Positions 39,877 through 48,890 of a stretch of DNA of 64,000 nucleotides are shown in pieces; positions within the stretch are counted from its first letter, which is position 1; every line of letters starts with the position of its first letter. Under the pieces are notes generated by a model, which saw only the letters and a program-made list of their open reading frames with translations, was not told the origin of the DNA and ran no database searches. A program made the translations under genes and the position numbers. The DNA is taken from the IMG/VR virus record IMGVR_UViG_3300045988_144476; one strand, written 5' to 3'. Source of the DNA: a virus.

Positions 39877-41448
39877 TTATTTAGCAGAAAATAAAGAACC
39901 GAATTTGTTCTTTTTCTGTGTAGATTTAACATTTGCAAGACCAACTTTAGCAGCTGGTTTCTTTGTATCCACTGGTTCTTCAACTACAGCAAAATTAAGT
40001 TTTCCGGCTTTTGCATAAGATAGAAGAATTCCATCTAATTTTTCTTTTAGCTCATCGACTGTGAATTCTTTATGATCGTTCATAAGAGTAGTAAATTCTT
40101 CGGTTTCTTTAATTCCTTTGTAGTCGTCCATTGCAAATAAAGCATCTTTGTTTGCGTCTTCTTCAGCTTTTTCATATTTCTGCAATTTTTCAGAAATAGC
40201 AGCGTAGTTAGAACGCATATTCTGAAGTTCTGTATATTCAGAATCTGTTAAAAGCTCACGATGAAGATTATATCTTTCACCATCAAAAGCAACGTTATCA
40301 CCGTCTTTTGTATAATTCTGTCCGTAGATTTTATCTCCATCCCAGTTTTCATATGTAAAATGTGAATCATAAACTGAATTAATAAAATACCATTCATTAT
40401 CTGATTCTTCATAAGCACTTAAAAGATTGTAAAGTGCATAACGAATATCGCTATGAGACAATTCAAAAGATTTTACAAAGTTTTCTGGTTCCGGATCTGA
40501 TGCTGGATCAGCGGCCGGTTCTGGATCGTTTTCTTCGAATGCTTCAGCAAAAGCAGATTCCAGTTCTTCATCTGAAAGATCTTTATATTCAAAAGTAATA
40601 TCTTCTACGGTTTTACCGTATTTCTGTAAAAGTTCCTCAAATTTATTCACCTGATTCTCCTCCTTTCCTTCAGCATTATTTATATTGAAATTAGAGAGAG
40701 TAGTATTAATTTTCTCCAATGTTTCAACCAATTTAGAGTTAATATCAAAATCTGCATACATAGAATTTGTCTTAGAATTAAAATCAGCAAGCTGAACATT
40801 ACTTCCTGCCATACCTGGACCAACATTTTCATTTAAAAGAGTTAGTCCACCAACATAATAATCATCAAGGTTCAATACTTTGTCTTTGGCATTAAAAGAT
40901 AATTCTCGTATGCTTAATTCAACACTACAATCAACTTTTTCTCTACGTTCCATGATATCAACGGCATCCTGGCAATATCCTTCCCATAGATAACCTTGTA
41001 TCATCGCTCTGTTGACTCCAGCTTCTTTATCATATTCAATAGAGTAATCTTTTTTTATTACACCAACCGGACGTTCCTGATAAATGAATTTCTCATTTCC
41101 GTCATCATCTGTTTCTACTGTAAAATCATGAGAACCAAAATCTTTATTTCCATCAGCATTTTCAACAATATTAGCTAAAATTGGTCTGTATGGAATTGAT
41201 TGAGTATTTTCTTCGAAAACATCTTCTTCTATATTAGATTTATTTAAATTTACATGATCATGATAAGCAGCAGCAACAAATGGTTTCAATCCTTCAGTAT
41301 GTTTATTATCATCAGATTTTCCAAACGTAGCGACTGCAGGCATCTGTACACAAATTTCGGCATTTGATTCTTTACTACTAAATTTCGCAAAATTATTTTG
41401 TATACAAAATTCGATTAAATCATCAATAGTTAAATATTTCTTAACCAT
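39877..41448 (-). CDS. putative scaffolding protein, possibly a prohead protease-scaffold fusion (523 aa)
   Basis: Lies between portal and capsid. Globular N-half and a very acidic coiled-coil C-half. The protease assignment is not verified. Confidence 0.4.
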   Translation of the reverse strand: MVKKYLTIDDLIEFCIQNNFAKFSSKESNAEICVQMPAVATFGKSDDNKHTEGLKPFVAAAYHDHVNLNKSNIEEDVFEENTQSIPYRPILANIVENADGNKDFGSHDFTVETDDDGNEKFIYQERPVGVIKKDYSIEYDKEAGVNRAMIQGYLWEGYCQDAVDIMERREKVDCSVELSIRELSFNAKDKVLNLDDYYVGGLTLLNENVGPGMAGSNVQLADFNSKTNSMYADFDINSKLVETLEKINTTLSNFNINNAEGKEENQVNKFEELLQKYGKTVEDITFEYKDLSDEELESAFAEAFEENDPEPAADPASDPEPENFVKSFELSHSDIRYALYNLLSAYEESDNEWYFINSVYDSHFTYENWDGDKIYGQNYTKDGDNVAFDGERYNLHRELLTDSEYTELQNMRSNYAAISEKLQKYEKAEEDANKDALFAMDDYKGIKETEEFTTLMNDHKEFTVDELKEKLDGILLSYAKAGKLNFAVVEEPVDTKKPAAKVGLANVKSTQKKNKFGSLFSAK

Positions 41449-41477
41449 AGCTCCTCCTTTCTTTGAATATAAAAATA

Positions 41478-41497
41478 CTCCTCAAATAAAAGAGGAG
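41478..41497 (-). terminator. terminator-like hairpin directly upstream of the scaffold RBS
   Basis: CTCCTC-TTTTATTT-GAGGAG followed by TATTTTTATATTC on the minus strand. Confidence 0.5.
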
Positions 41498-41500
41498 CAG

Positions 41501-41680
41501 CTAAATACATAATGTATTTGTATAGACAAGATCACTTAAATTATTAAAAAGCATCTTACCATCATTTAAAAAAGTCCACTGTGTTCCAGACTGATTTACT
41601 AATTTAAATCCTGTCTTTAGTAATAAATCAGCAGACTCGTCATTATTTGTTATAATAAATTTTGCTTCATTATTTATCAT
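41501..41680 (-). CDS. small hypothetical protein (59 aa, below the ORF-track cut-off)
   Basis: ATG at 41680 preceded by AGGTGAGAAC. It fills the portal-scaffold gap. Manual translation begins MINNEAKFIITNNDESADLL... Confidence 0.5.
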   Translation of the reverse strand: MINNEAKFIITNNDESADLLLKTGFKLVNQSGTQWTFLNDGKMLFNNLSDLVYTNTLCI

Positions 41681-41688
41681 GTTCTCAC

Positions 41689-43272
41689 CTACTTCTTATT
41701 ATCTTGTTTTTCTCTACTTGCCGCTCCATCATCAGTAATCTCAGTATCATCTTTTGTTGGTGCACCACCTGTGTCTGAAGATCCAGACTGTGTATATGAT
41801 GTTTGAAGCGGAACAAATAATTGTGAAATGCCAAGCACTTGTTGTTCTAAAACATTAAGTGCAAGAGTATCTTTCTCAGAAAATTGATTTAATGTATTAT
41901 AGGCCAAAGCAGTAGGGAGTCCGTTCTGTGCAGCAGTTAAAAGTTCTTGTTTAAATTCATCTTTTGTATATGCACTTACTTCAAAAAATTTAACTTTTGC
42001 TGGTGTAGATACCCAATAAGTTAAGAAGCGATTGACCCATCCCTGGGTTTCCGGTAAAAGCATAGAAATAGCCATTTCTGTATCAGCTTTAACAGCAGCC
42101 TCAAAAGCCTTTTGGCCGCTGATACTAGCACTATTTAATATCTGTGCACCACCAGAACTATTAAATAAAGTTTCTGTAGATTTAGCTATTTTATTTGTAT
42201 CCGTAGCTTTATCATTATTAAACGAAATTTGGTCAAGTTTTCCTGGTATAATAGCAGCAGAAGTGTAGTCAGGAAGAGCTTCGTTAATCATTCTATTAAA
42301 ATATTCAATTACAATATCTGGTGTAATTTTCCAATCATCAACATTATCACTGCCGGTAATTGTTTCAAGTTCTAGCCAAATCATTTTATAAATATCTTGC
42401 TGATCAGCAATAGCTTGTAAATCGTCAAGATCAATAAGATTAATAATTCCAGATAGTAATCCAGAAAATGGAGGAATAACAGTTTCCCAATCTTCAGCTC
42501 TTGCTTTCAAACATATAGCATATTCATCTGGCATTGGCTGCCACTTTCCATTTGTTGTATCATTTTCATATGCACGATACATAGATTGAAACGGTTCTCC
42601 CCATAATTCAAGAACAGTTTGTCTTGATCTGAAATAGCTCATATCCATTACAAATGCATAATCTCCGGTGTTATATGCACCAGAAATTTTACAATAGTCT
42701 GGATCTAATGGAAGAATAAATAATCCTTGATCTTCATCATAATAAGCACATCCATAAAAAACATCTTCACGAAAACAAACCATATAAGCTTTAAGCATTT
42801 CATATTGAAGATGCATTTTGTCAAGAACATTAAGTGTATCCTGATATGAAGACAACATTGAATTTGTATCTCCACCATTTACTAAATCATAATCTGGGAT
42901 AACTGAACGAGCGTTCAAGCAGAACATATTTGCATTATACGCAATTAATCTATAATATGCATGACATCTATAATACAAATATCTAGAAAGATTTCGAAGG
43001 TTCTTTTCATTTGAACCAATATTTTTTAGATATGTTCTTAAACTATCTTTATTAAAAGCAGTAATAGTAGTAGTACTTGTCTTAGTAACATCTCTAAGAC
43101 CTCTTGCTCCATCCATTGCTGCAGCATAATTTTCTATATCTCTATGATTTTTCGTATACCAATCTTTTATTTCAGCAACCGAACTTTTTTGAGTAGGTGC
43201 CGGGTCCATTTTTTTAGCAGTTGGAACCTTGCTATTAGCACTAACATTTCTTCTTTTCATTCTTTGTGCCAA
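41689..43272 (-). CDS. portal protein (527 aa)
   Basis: Lies immediately downstream of TerL and has a portal-like size. TTG start 8 nt after GGAGGTG. An in-frame ATG lies four codons downstream (fifth codon). Confidence 0.7.
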   Translation of the reverse strand: MAQRMKRRNVSANSKVPTAKKMDPAPTQKSSVAEIKDWYTKNHRDIENYAAAMDGARGLRDVTKTSTTTITAFNKDSLRTYLKNIGSNEKNLRNLSRYLYYRCHAYYRLIAYNANMFCLNARSVIPDYDLVNGGDTNSMLSSYQDTLNVLDKMHLQYEMLKAYMVCFREDVFYGCAYYDEDQGLFILPLDPDYCKISGAYNTGDYAFVMDMSYFRSRQTVLELWGEPFQSMYRAYENDTTNGKWQPMPDEYAICLKARAEDWETVIPPFSGLLSGIINLIDLDDLQAIADQQDIYKMIWLELETITGSDNVDDWKITPDIVIEYFNRMINEALPDYTSAAIIPGKLDQISFNNDKATDTNKIAKSTETLFNSSGGAQILNSASISGQKAFEAAVKADTEMAISMLLPETQGWVNRFLTYWVSTPAKVKFFEVSAYTKDEFKQELLTAAQNGLPTALAYNTLNQFSEKDTLALNVLEQQVLGISQLFVPLQTSYTQSGSSDTGGAPTKDDTEITDDGAASREKQDNKK

Positions 43273-43292
43273 AAATTCGACACCTCCTTTAT

Positions 43293-45350
43293 TTAATCAT
43301 CAAATATCGATCCAATACGTCCTCTACGAATAGTAAGAGACTGGACTAATGAAATATCAGCTTTAGGCCGTTTTTTATTTGTAATAAATTTTCTACGTTC
43401 ACATTGAAGTGCATAAGATACCATGCAACAAGTGTAGGCACGATCATCGTGTAATTTATTACGTTTTTCTGGACATAATTCAAAAGAATCTTTACCAGAT
43501 TCTCTTTTAATACGAACCATATTGACAAGTTCTTCTTTTAAAGCGTCTATACTAGCAAGTGCTTTTTGTTCTTGCCAGTTTAATTTCTCAGTTCTACTTT
43601 TTACATTTTGTAGATTATTTAAATCATTCTGAACATTATAATCAATATCTTCAGGACTCATTTTTTGTTTTTTATATTTTGCTTCAAGTTCCCTTTTGGC
43701 TTTTTCATATTTTTCTTTATCAATATCAAAAATAGTAAGATAGTCCTTGCCATCATAATCAGCAGTAAAATTAATCTTATCCTGATTCATAAGTTCAATC
43801 ATAGCTTCGTACATCTCAGATTTATATTGAGTAGGAGACATAAGATGTATTTTATTAACAGCATTAGGAAATTTTTTAACATATTCCTCAGAATATTCTT
43901 TATCAATTAAACCACGATGCATTTTGCCATCTTTACCTTTCCAATCTGGCATAAGATAATCAGCAATATTAACACCGCCTCCACCAGATCCAGCATCGAT
44001 ATATATACCTAAAATATTACTATAGGTATCATCACCGCCTTGATTATAATCAAGAATAATTTCTTTCAAATAATCAATCTGATCGGGAGTTTGCATTGGG
44101 CTTTTTCTTTTGTTTCCTATATCAATAAGATTAATACAATTTAATAATCGCATTTTGTATTCAGTGTCACCATTTTGATCTTTATCAACATATATTTCTG
44201 CAACTAAAATTACAGAGTTATCTCTACTACGAGCAGGATCATACGCAATAACAATCTTACGCTCACTTGTATCATTACACAAAATAGGTTTTCGTACTTC
44301 AGAATTTCGTGCAATAACACCTCTTCGGATAATAGCATTAGCTCCAGCATCAGAAGTAAATTCACAATAATACTCTCTACGAGCCTTTTCAGGATTAGAA
44401 CGCATAGCTGCTTCAACAGTTGATTTTGTAAGAAGTGGAGCCATAACTTGACCACGAATAGTAGGTTTAAAAGCTACTTCACAATCTATATGAGCAACAA
44501 AATAATCAGGATCACCCATAAGTTGTCTTTTGCTAAAATCTCTATATAATTTATAAAATTCTGTATCAGTAGAAGACGCAGAAGATATATAAAATAATTG
44601 GTTCGGAATATTTGATGGAATACATCTTAGACGATTTATATCAATAGAATTGCCATCACGGTCTTTACCAGATTTAAAGCTTTTATTGACGATTGCAAAT
44701 GCACCATAAGTTTGAAGCATTTCATCAGAAAGCCATCCACATTCATCAAAAATTACATTACCACGCATTCCCCTTTTTTTATCTATATTACTATTGAGCG
44801 TCTGAGTAAATGCGCCATTATATAAGCTATATGAGAATCCGTTAGAAGAGTGACTAAAACCATCTCCAGCGGCATTTTTTATTTCTATCTCTGCTTTAAA
44901 TATATATCCGGTAGAACCAAGCATTGTATCAATGTTATCATTCGCAATTCTTTCAAGTGTTGTAAAGGTTTGTTCAGCCTGGCTGCCTGAACCAGAAGCA
45001 ATATAGGTCCAATAGTTATTAAACAACATATCTTTAGCCATAACCATAATATCTATTAATGTAGACTTTCCAAATCCTCTCGTACAAACAAGAAGAACAT
45101 TAGGACAATTCCAAGATCTTTGAATTATCCATGCTTGTGAATCCAATAATTCAATATTAAAAAAGTCATTTATAAATCTTACTGGATTACACTGATAATA
45201 TTTCTGAAGATTTGCGATTTTTATAAAACCTTCCAATTTTCTGGAGGACATTGGATAAATACCAGGTTTAACAAAAATTTTATCTCCTTGTTCACAATAA
45301 TTAAGATTCGGCAGATGATTCATTTTCTTCGGATTGATCATCTTCTTCAT
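43293..45350 (-). CDS. terL: terminase large subunit
   Basis: Walker A-like CTRGFGKST, Walker B-like VIFDECGW and a C-terminal nuclease-like half. The likely true start is the ATG at 45341, 9 nt after GAAGAGG. Confidence 0.9.
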   Translation of the reverse strand: MKKMINPKKMNHLPNLNYCEQGDKIFVKPGIYPMSSRKLEGFIKIANLQKYYQCNPVRFINDFFNIELLDSQAWIIQRSWNCPNVLLVCTRGFGKSTLIDIMVMAKDMLFNNYWTYIASGSGSQAEQTFTTLERIANDNIDTMLGSTGYIFKAEIEIKNAAGDGFSHSSNGFSYSLYNGAFTQTLNSNIDKKRGMRGNVIFDECGWLSDEMLQTYGAFAIVNKSFKSGKDRDGNSIDINRLRCIPSNIPNQLFYISSASSTDTEFYKLYRDFSKRQLMGDPDYFVAHIDCEVAFKPTIRGQVMAPLLTKSTVEAAMRSNPEKARREYYCEFTSDAGANAIIRRGVIARNSEVRKPILCNDTSERKIVIAYDPARSRDNSVILVAEIYVDKDQNGDTEYKMRLLNCINLIDIGNKRKSPMQTPDQIDYLKEIILDYNQGGDDTYSNILGIYIDAGSGGGGVNIADYLMPDWKGKDGKMHRGLIDKEYSEEYVKKFPNAVNKIHLMSPTQYKSEMYEAMIELMNQDKINFTADYDGKDYLTIFDIDKEKYEKAKRELEAKYKKQKMSPEDIDYNVQNDLNNLQNVKSRTEKLNWQEQKALASIDALKEELVNMVRIKRESGKDSFELCPEKRNKLHDDRAYTCCMVSYALQCERRKFITNKKRPKADISLVQSLTIRRGRIGSIFDD

Positions 45351-46608
45351 CCTCTTCTATAGAACTAAAACATGAATATAATTCATTTAGATCAACCAGA
45401 TCCTCCGGTTTGATTAATCCTTCTTCTTCCATATAATCCTTAAGATCTATATTTTCACGTAGTAAAATACGAGAAATTTCTTTATAATTATCTAAATCAC
45501 TTCGTAAGTTAGTAATCATCTGTCTTTGTTCAGCAACCATATCAGACCATTCAGATTCATCTAATCGCAATGCCTTTAATATAGAAGTATTACTCATATC
45601 CATAACTTGTTGCATACCTCTACAGGTAGCTAAATCAAATCCATTAACCTCTCCTTCACGAAGATTCATATCTTTGATCTTTTTAATTTTTCCGGTCCAA
45701 GTATTTTCGCCTTTTTTAGCATTTTTATTATTTTTCAGAGAAATACAACTTTCAGCAGCGAGATCTTTAATAATACTTGTTAAATCTTTTTTACTTTGTT
45801 GAAGGGATTTAATTGTTGCAGAATTATTTTGCAACTTACGAATATCAGACATGTATGTAGAAATAGCATTATCTATTTTAGATTGTTGTAGAAATGCTCT
45901 TACAATAGAAATAGCAGAAGCGGTTCTCATCATATCATCATTAGCATCTTCACTAGAATCAAGAAGTCCTAGCAATTGAGAATATAAGAAAGGCTGGTCA
46001 GATATAGCTTCTTTTTCGAATGGATCATATCCAAGTAATCTGACTACATCATTTTTATTTTTTACAAAACTACTATAAGTGTCTTGATCTTCACGACCTT
46101 TAATTACGTCTTCAGTAGTCTTCTCATCTTCATATATGATTTTTTCTTTAAACATATCTGAATCAGCATATGTTTCACCAATATATTGCGGCATAGAAAC
46201 ATTTTTAATATAAGATGTCCATGCATTATTCTTAGTTTTTCCAGTAGCGGAATTTTCCGATTCCTGAATACTTGAATCATATAATTTATTATAAAAAGGT
46301 TTATTTAAATAGCGTAAAGCTAACTGAATAGATTCTTTAGTGGGTTCATGTTCTTCTCCATTTGCATCAATTCTTAAAGCAATTTTCTTAGCGCAATCTT
46401 TACAAATTGGAGAACAATGAGATGTTACCAATGGATCGGTATTATCATAGAATCTATCTTTCCTTTTTGGTTTACCGCACATAAAACACCATGCGGTATT
46501 TTCTTTATAGTTTTCAATTTCAGTTTCTAATTCAGCAATTTTTTTTCTCATCTGAGTTGGAGTCATTTTGACAGGCTCAGACGTAGTACTTTTTCTTGTT
46601 GTTGCCAT
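45301..46608 (-). CDS. hypothetical Cys-rich protein (435 aa), small-terminase candidate by position only
   Basis: RBS AAGGAGGAG. CFMCG..CSPICKDC cluster. Its 3' end overlaps terL. Confidence 0.35.
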   Translation of the reverse strand: MATTRKSTTSEPVKMTPTQMRKKIAELETEIENYKENTAWCFMCGKPKRKDRFYDNTDPLVTSHCSPICKDCAKKIALRIDANGEEHEPTKESIQLALRYLNKPFYNKLYDSSIQESENSATGKTKNNAWTSYIKNVSMPQYIGETYADSDMFKEKIIYEDEKTTEDVIKGREDQDTYSSFVKNKNDVVRLLGYDPFEKEAISDQPFLYSQLLGLLDSSEDANDDMMRTASAISIVRAFLQQSKIDNAISTYMSDIRKLQNNSATIKSLQQSKKDLTSIIKDLAAESCISLKNNKNAKKGENTWTGKIKKIKDMNLREGEVNGFDLATCRGMQQVMDMSNTSILKALRLDESEWSDMVAEQRQMITNLRSDLDNYKEISRILLRENIDLKDYMEEEGLIKPEDLVDLNELYSCFSSIEEDEEDDQSEENESSAES

Positions 46609-46634
46609 AACAACTCCTCCTTGTGTTCGTTAAA

Positions 46635-46709
46635 TAGATGTAGTAGGACTCGAACCTACAAAACTCTGATCCTAAGTCAGATGCGTCTGCCAAATTGCGC
46701 CATACATCC
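46635..46709 (-). tRNA. tRNA-Leu(TAG)-like: tRNA with anticodon UAG (Leu CUA/CUG decoder by anticodon) but a class-I short variable loop
   Basis: Acceptor GGATGTA/TACATCT, A73, anticodon arm TCTGA-CTTAGGA-TCAGA, 5-nt variable loop, T arm GTAGG-TTCGAGT-CCTAC. No encoded CCA. Confidence 0.75.
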
Positions 46710-46715
46710 AAAGAA

Positions 46716-46733
46716 GGGCAGTAAAGACTGCCC
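46716..46733 (-). terminator. terminator-like hairpin between the phosphoesterase gene and the tRNA
   Basis: GGGCAG-TCTTTA-CTGCCC followed by TTCTTTGG on the minus strand. Confidence 0.55.
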
Positions 46734-46777
46734 TGTATAGAAGTGTATAATATAAGCAGCAACGCCACTCGTATTAT

Positions 46778-47959
46778 TTAATGTAATTTATATTTATGTT
46801 CATCTACAAGTCCATCTAACTGGTCAAACACAAACATAGAAGCACCTGCGTTTGCAGTTTTATTGATAGACATACTATATGGATTCACTCCAATAATTGA
46901 TCGAACACTAATTACTTCAGAATTTCGTGCAACTTCTTCAGAAAAAGAAGAATGCCAGTGTCCTGTAAATAAATAGTCGATAGGCACTTCATGGATCTTC
47001 ATAATATCTTTCATTGTCTTATTCAGATCTTTTGTTTCAAAATGTCCACCTAAACATGTATAAATAGTTAACTGTGAATATGCTAATCCAGTAGGATTTT
47101 CAACAATTTTTACATTTGGATTATCTTTTAATCTGGCTTTCATCAAAGCTAACATAGATTTACTCATATCTTCATTATCAAAAGCATTTTTAGGTTGTCC
47201 TAATAATCGCAATTGATTATGATTTGATTTTTTAACCATTTGAAAAGTAATAAAAACATGTTTACTTAATTCATTCAGCCATTCAGATAAAAAGTTTGCA
47301 TATAAAATAGAAGAATCAATAACTCCATATTTTAACTGCATAAGCTGAGAATTAGCTCTTAATAAACCATCAAGAGCATCTCCTAAATCCCAAATATGTA
47401 AATGTGTAATTCCGTCTTTATTGATCTGATCAACAACTTTATAATATAATTCCCACATTCTATGTTCAAAAATTTCAGGACTATATTCATTAATGGTATA
47501 TCCATGAAGATCTTTTATATTAAATTCAACTCCGTAATGAGCATCAGAAATAGTAAGAAGATAAGCTTTTGTAGTTGGTTTTAAAATGATCGGTTCAGGC
47601 TTCTCTAATGGTTCAAGACATTTTACAGCTTCGCCAATTTTTTCAGCAATTAATTCATCTCGTGAATACTCACGTAACCATTTATTAAACTCAAGTTTTT
47701 CAGTTTGAAGTTTAATTCGTTCTTTTTTAATTGCAAGTTCTTCCGGTATATTAGAAATAGAAGAGGATGGAGTAATATTCCATCCTGCATCTATATACTC
47801 TAATAATAATTTTGATCCTTTTCGAATTGTATCACGATGTTCAATTTCTCCTAAAGCATCAGATCTAAAATCTGTTACATCTTGCCATTCGATAGATGAA
47901 TCAGTTTGCTTTCGTTTAATCAGATCAAGCTGTTCTTTTAAAAATTGATCTTTATCCAT
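46778..47959 (-). CDS. calcineurin-like metallophosphoesterase (393 aa)
   Basis: Motifs ISDAHYG, DLGDALDG and GHWHS in the canonical order. Confidence 0.65.
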   Translation of the reverse strand: MDKDQFLKEQLDLIKRKQTDSSIEWQDVTDFRSDALGEIEHRDTIRKGSKLLLEYIDAGWNITPSSSISNIPEELAIKKERIKLQTEKLEFNKWLREYSRDELIAEKIGEAVKCLEPLEKPEPIILKPTTKAYLLTISDAHYGVEFNIKDLHGYTINEYSPEIFEHRMWELYYKVVDQINKDGITHLHIWDLGDALDGLLRANSQLMQLKYGVIDSSILYANFLSEWLNELSKHVFITFQMVKKSNHNQLRLLGQPKNAFDNEDMSKSMLALMKARLKDNPNVKIVENPTGLAYSQLTIYTCLGGHFETKDLNKTMKDIMKIHEVPIDYLFTGHWHSSFSEEVARNSEVISVRSIIGVNPYSMSINKTANAGASMFVFDQLDGLVDEHKYKLH

Positions 47960-47968
47960 AAATTTACC

Positions 47969-48184
47969 TTACATATTATCTGTTGCGGATCCAGAAATGT
48001 CATCAAGATCAATTTTCTCTTCAGTTTTAGTAGTAGTAGAAAGGTCAAAAGGAATATCTCCGTATGCCTTTTCAAAAACTTCAAGAATGTCAATAATTTC
48101 GCCATTCATATCAACAAGTCTTCCATCTACCATATGTAAACTTTTTATTTTTCCATCATATTTTACAGTCTTTTTTAATTCCAT
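47969..48184 (-). CDS. hypothetical protein (71 aa)
   Basis: ATG start with AAGGAGAAAA RBS. Confidence 0.6.
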   Translation of the reverse strand: MELKKTVKYDGKIKSLHMVDGRLVDMNGEIIDILEVFEKAYGDIPFDLSTTTKTEEKIDLDDISGSATDNM

Positions 48185-48205
48185 AATTTTTCTCCTTGTA
48201 TTCCA

Positions 48206-48234
48206 TTGACATATATCAATGTTTGATATATAAT
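48206..48234 (+). promoter_or_regulatory. perfect consensus sigma-70 promoter pointing antisense into clpP
   Basis: TTGACA-17 nt-TATAAT (12/12 consensus positions). The -35 sits in the palindrome CATTGA-N6-TCAATG. Confidence 0.45.
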
Positions 48235-48264
48235 GTTATTTGTGAAAGATTAAATAAAATTCAA

Positions 48265-48870
48265 TTATAATAAAGAATCTAATTCAATATCTTGTCCAAT
48301 AATACCGTCTACAATACCACGTTCTTTTGCCTCTTCAGCAAACATATAATATTCACGGTCTTTAATTTCTTCAAGAAATTCTGCAGACATATTACTATGT
48401 TCAATCATAAAATCAGTCATTCTTTTTTCAAGATTATCATAAAATTTCTGAATATCTTTTCCTTTATTTGACGAACTTACATATCCAGTCTGTCCATCAT
48501 GATACAATACAATAGTATTTGGGAAACAATATCTTTTATGTCCTGCGGCAAGAATATAGGATCCCATAGAAGCACATTTTGCAAATCCAATTGTAATTAC
48601 AGGAGTAGTAGATGTAGAAATTGAACTTAATACTTGTGATCCAGAAATAACATCTCCACCATCTGAATTAATATAAATATAAATTGGTTTTCTACAACCT
48701 TTTGGAAGACCCTTATCTTCTTTGTTCCACTGCATAATCATTAAACAAATATTTTCAATAATATTGTCATCGATATCTTCATTAAGAATAATTTTTCTTT
48801 GATTTAGATGTTCTTTTACAATTGTAGTATAAATTTCATCATCATCTTTTAATGTTAATAATTCCATCAT
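48265..48870 (-). CDS. clpP: ClpP-family serine protease
   Basis: INSDGGDV, catalytic-Ser context FAKCASMGS, and His context IVLYHDGQ. Confidence 0.8.
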   Translation of the reverse strand: MMELLTLKDDDEIYTTIVKEHLNQRKIILNEDIDDNIIENICLMIMQWNKEDKGLPKGCRKPIYIYINSDGGDVISGSQVLSSISTSTTPVITIGFAKCASMGSYILAAGHKRYCFPNTIVLYHDGQTGYVSSSNKGKDIQKFYDNLEKRMTDFMIEHSNMSAEFLEEIKDREYYMFAEEAKERGIVDGIIGQDIELDSLL

Positions 48871-48890
48871 ATATAATCCCTTTATTCCTT

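Noticed and set aside
46577-46768. 63-aa minus-strand ORF.
   Set aside because: It overlaps the tRNA and the terminator hairpin, and has no RBS.
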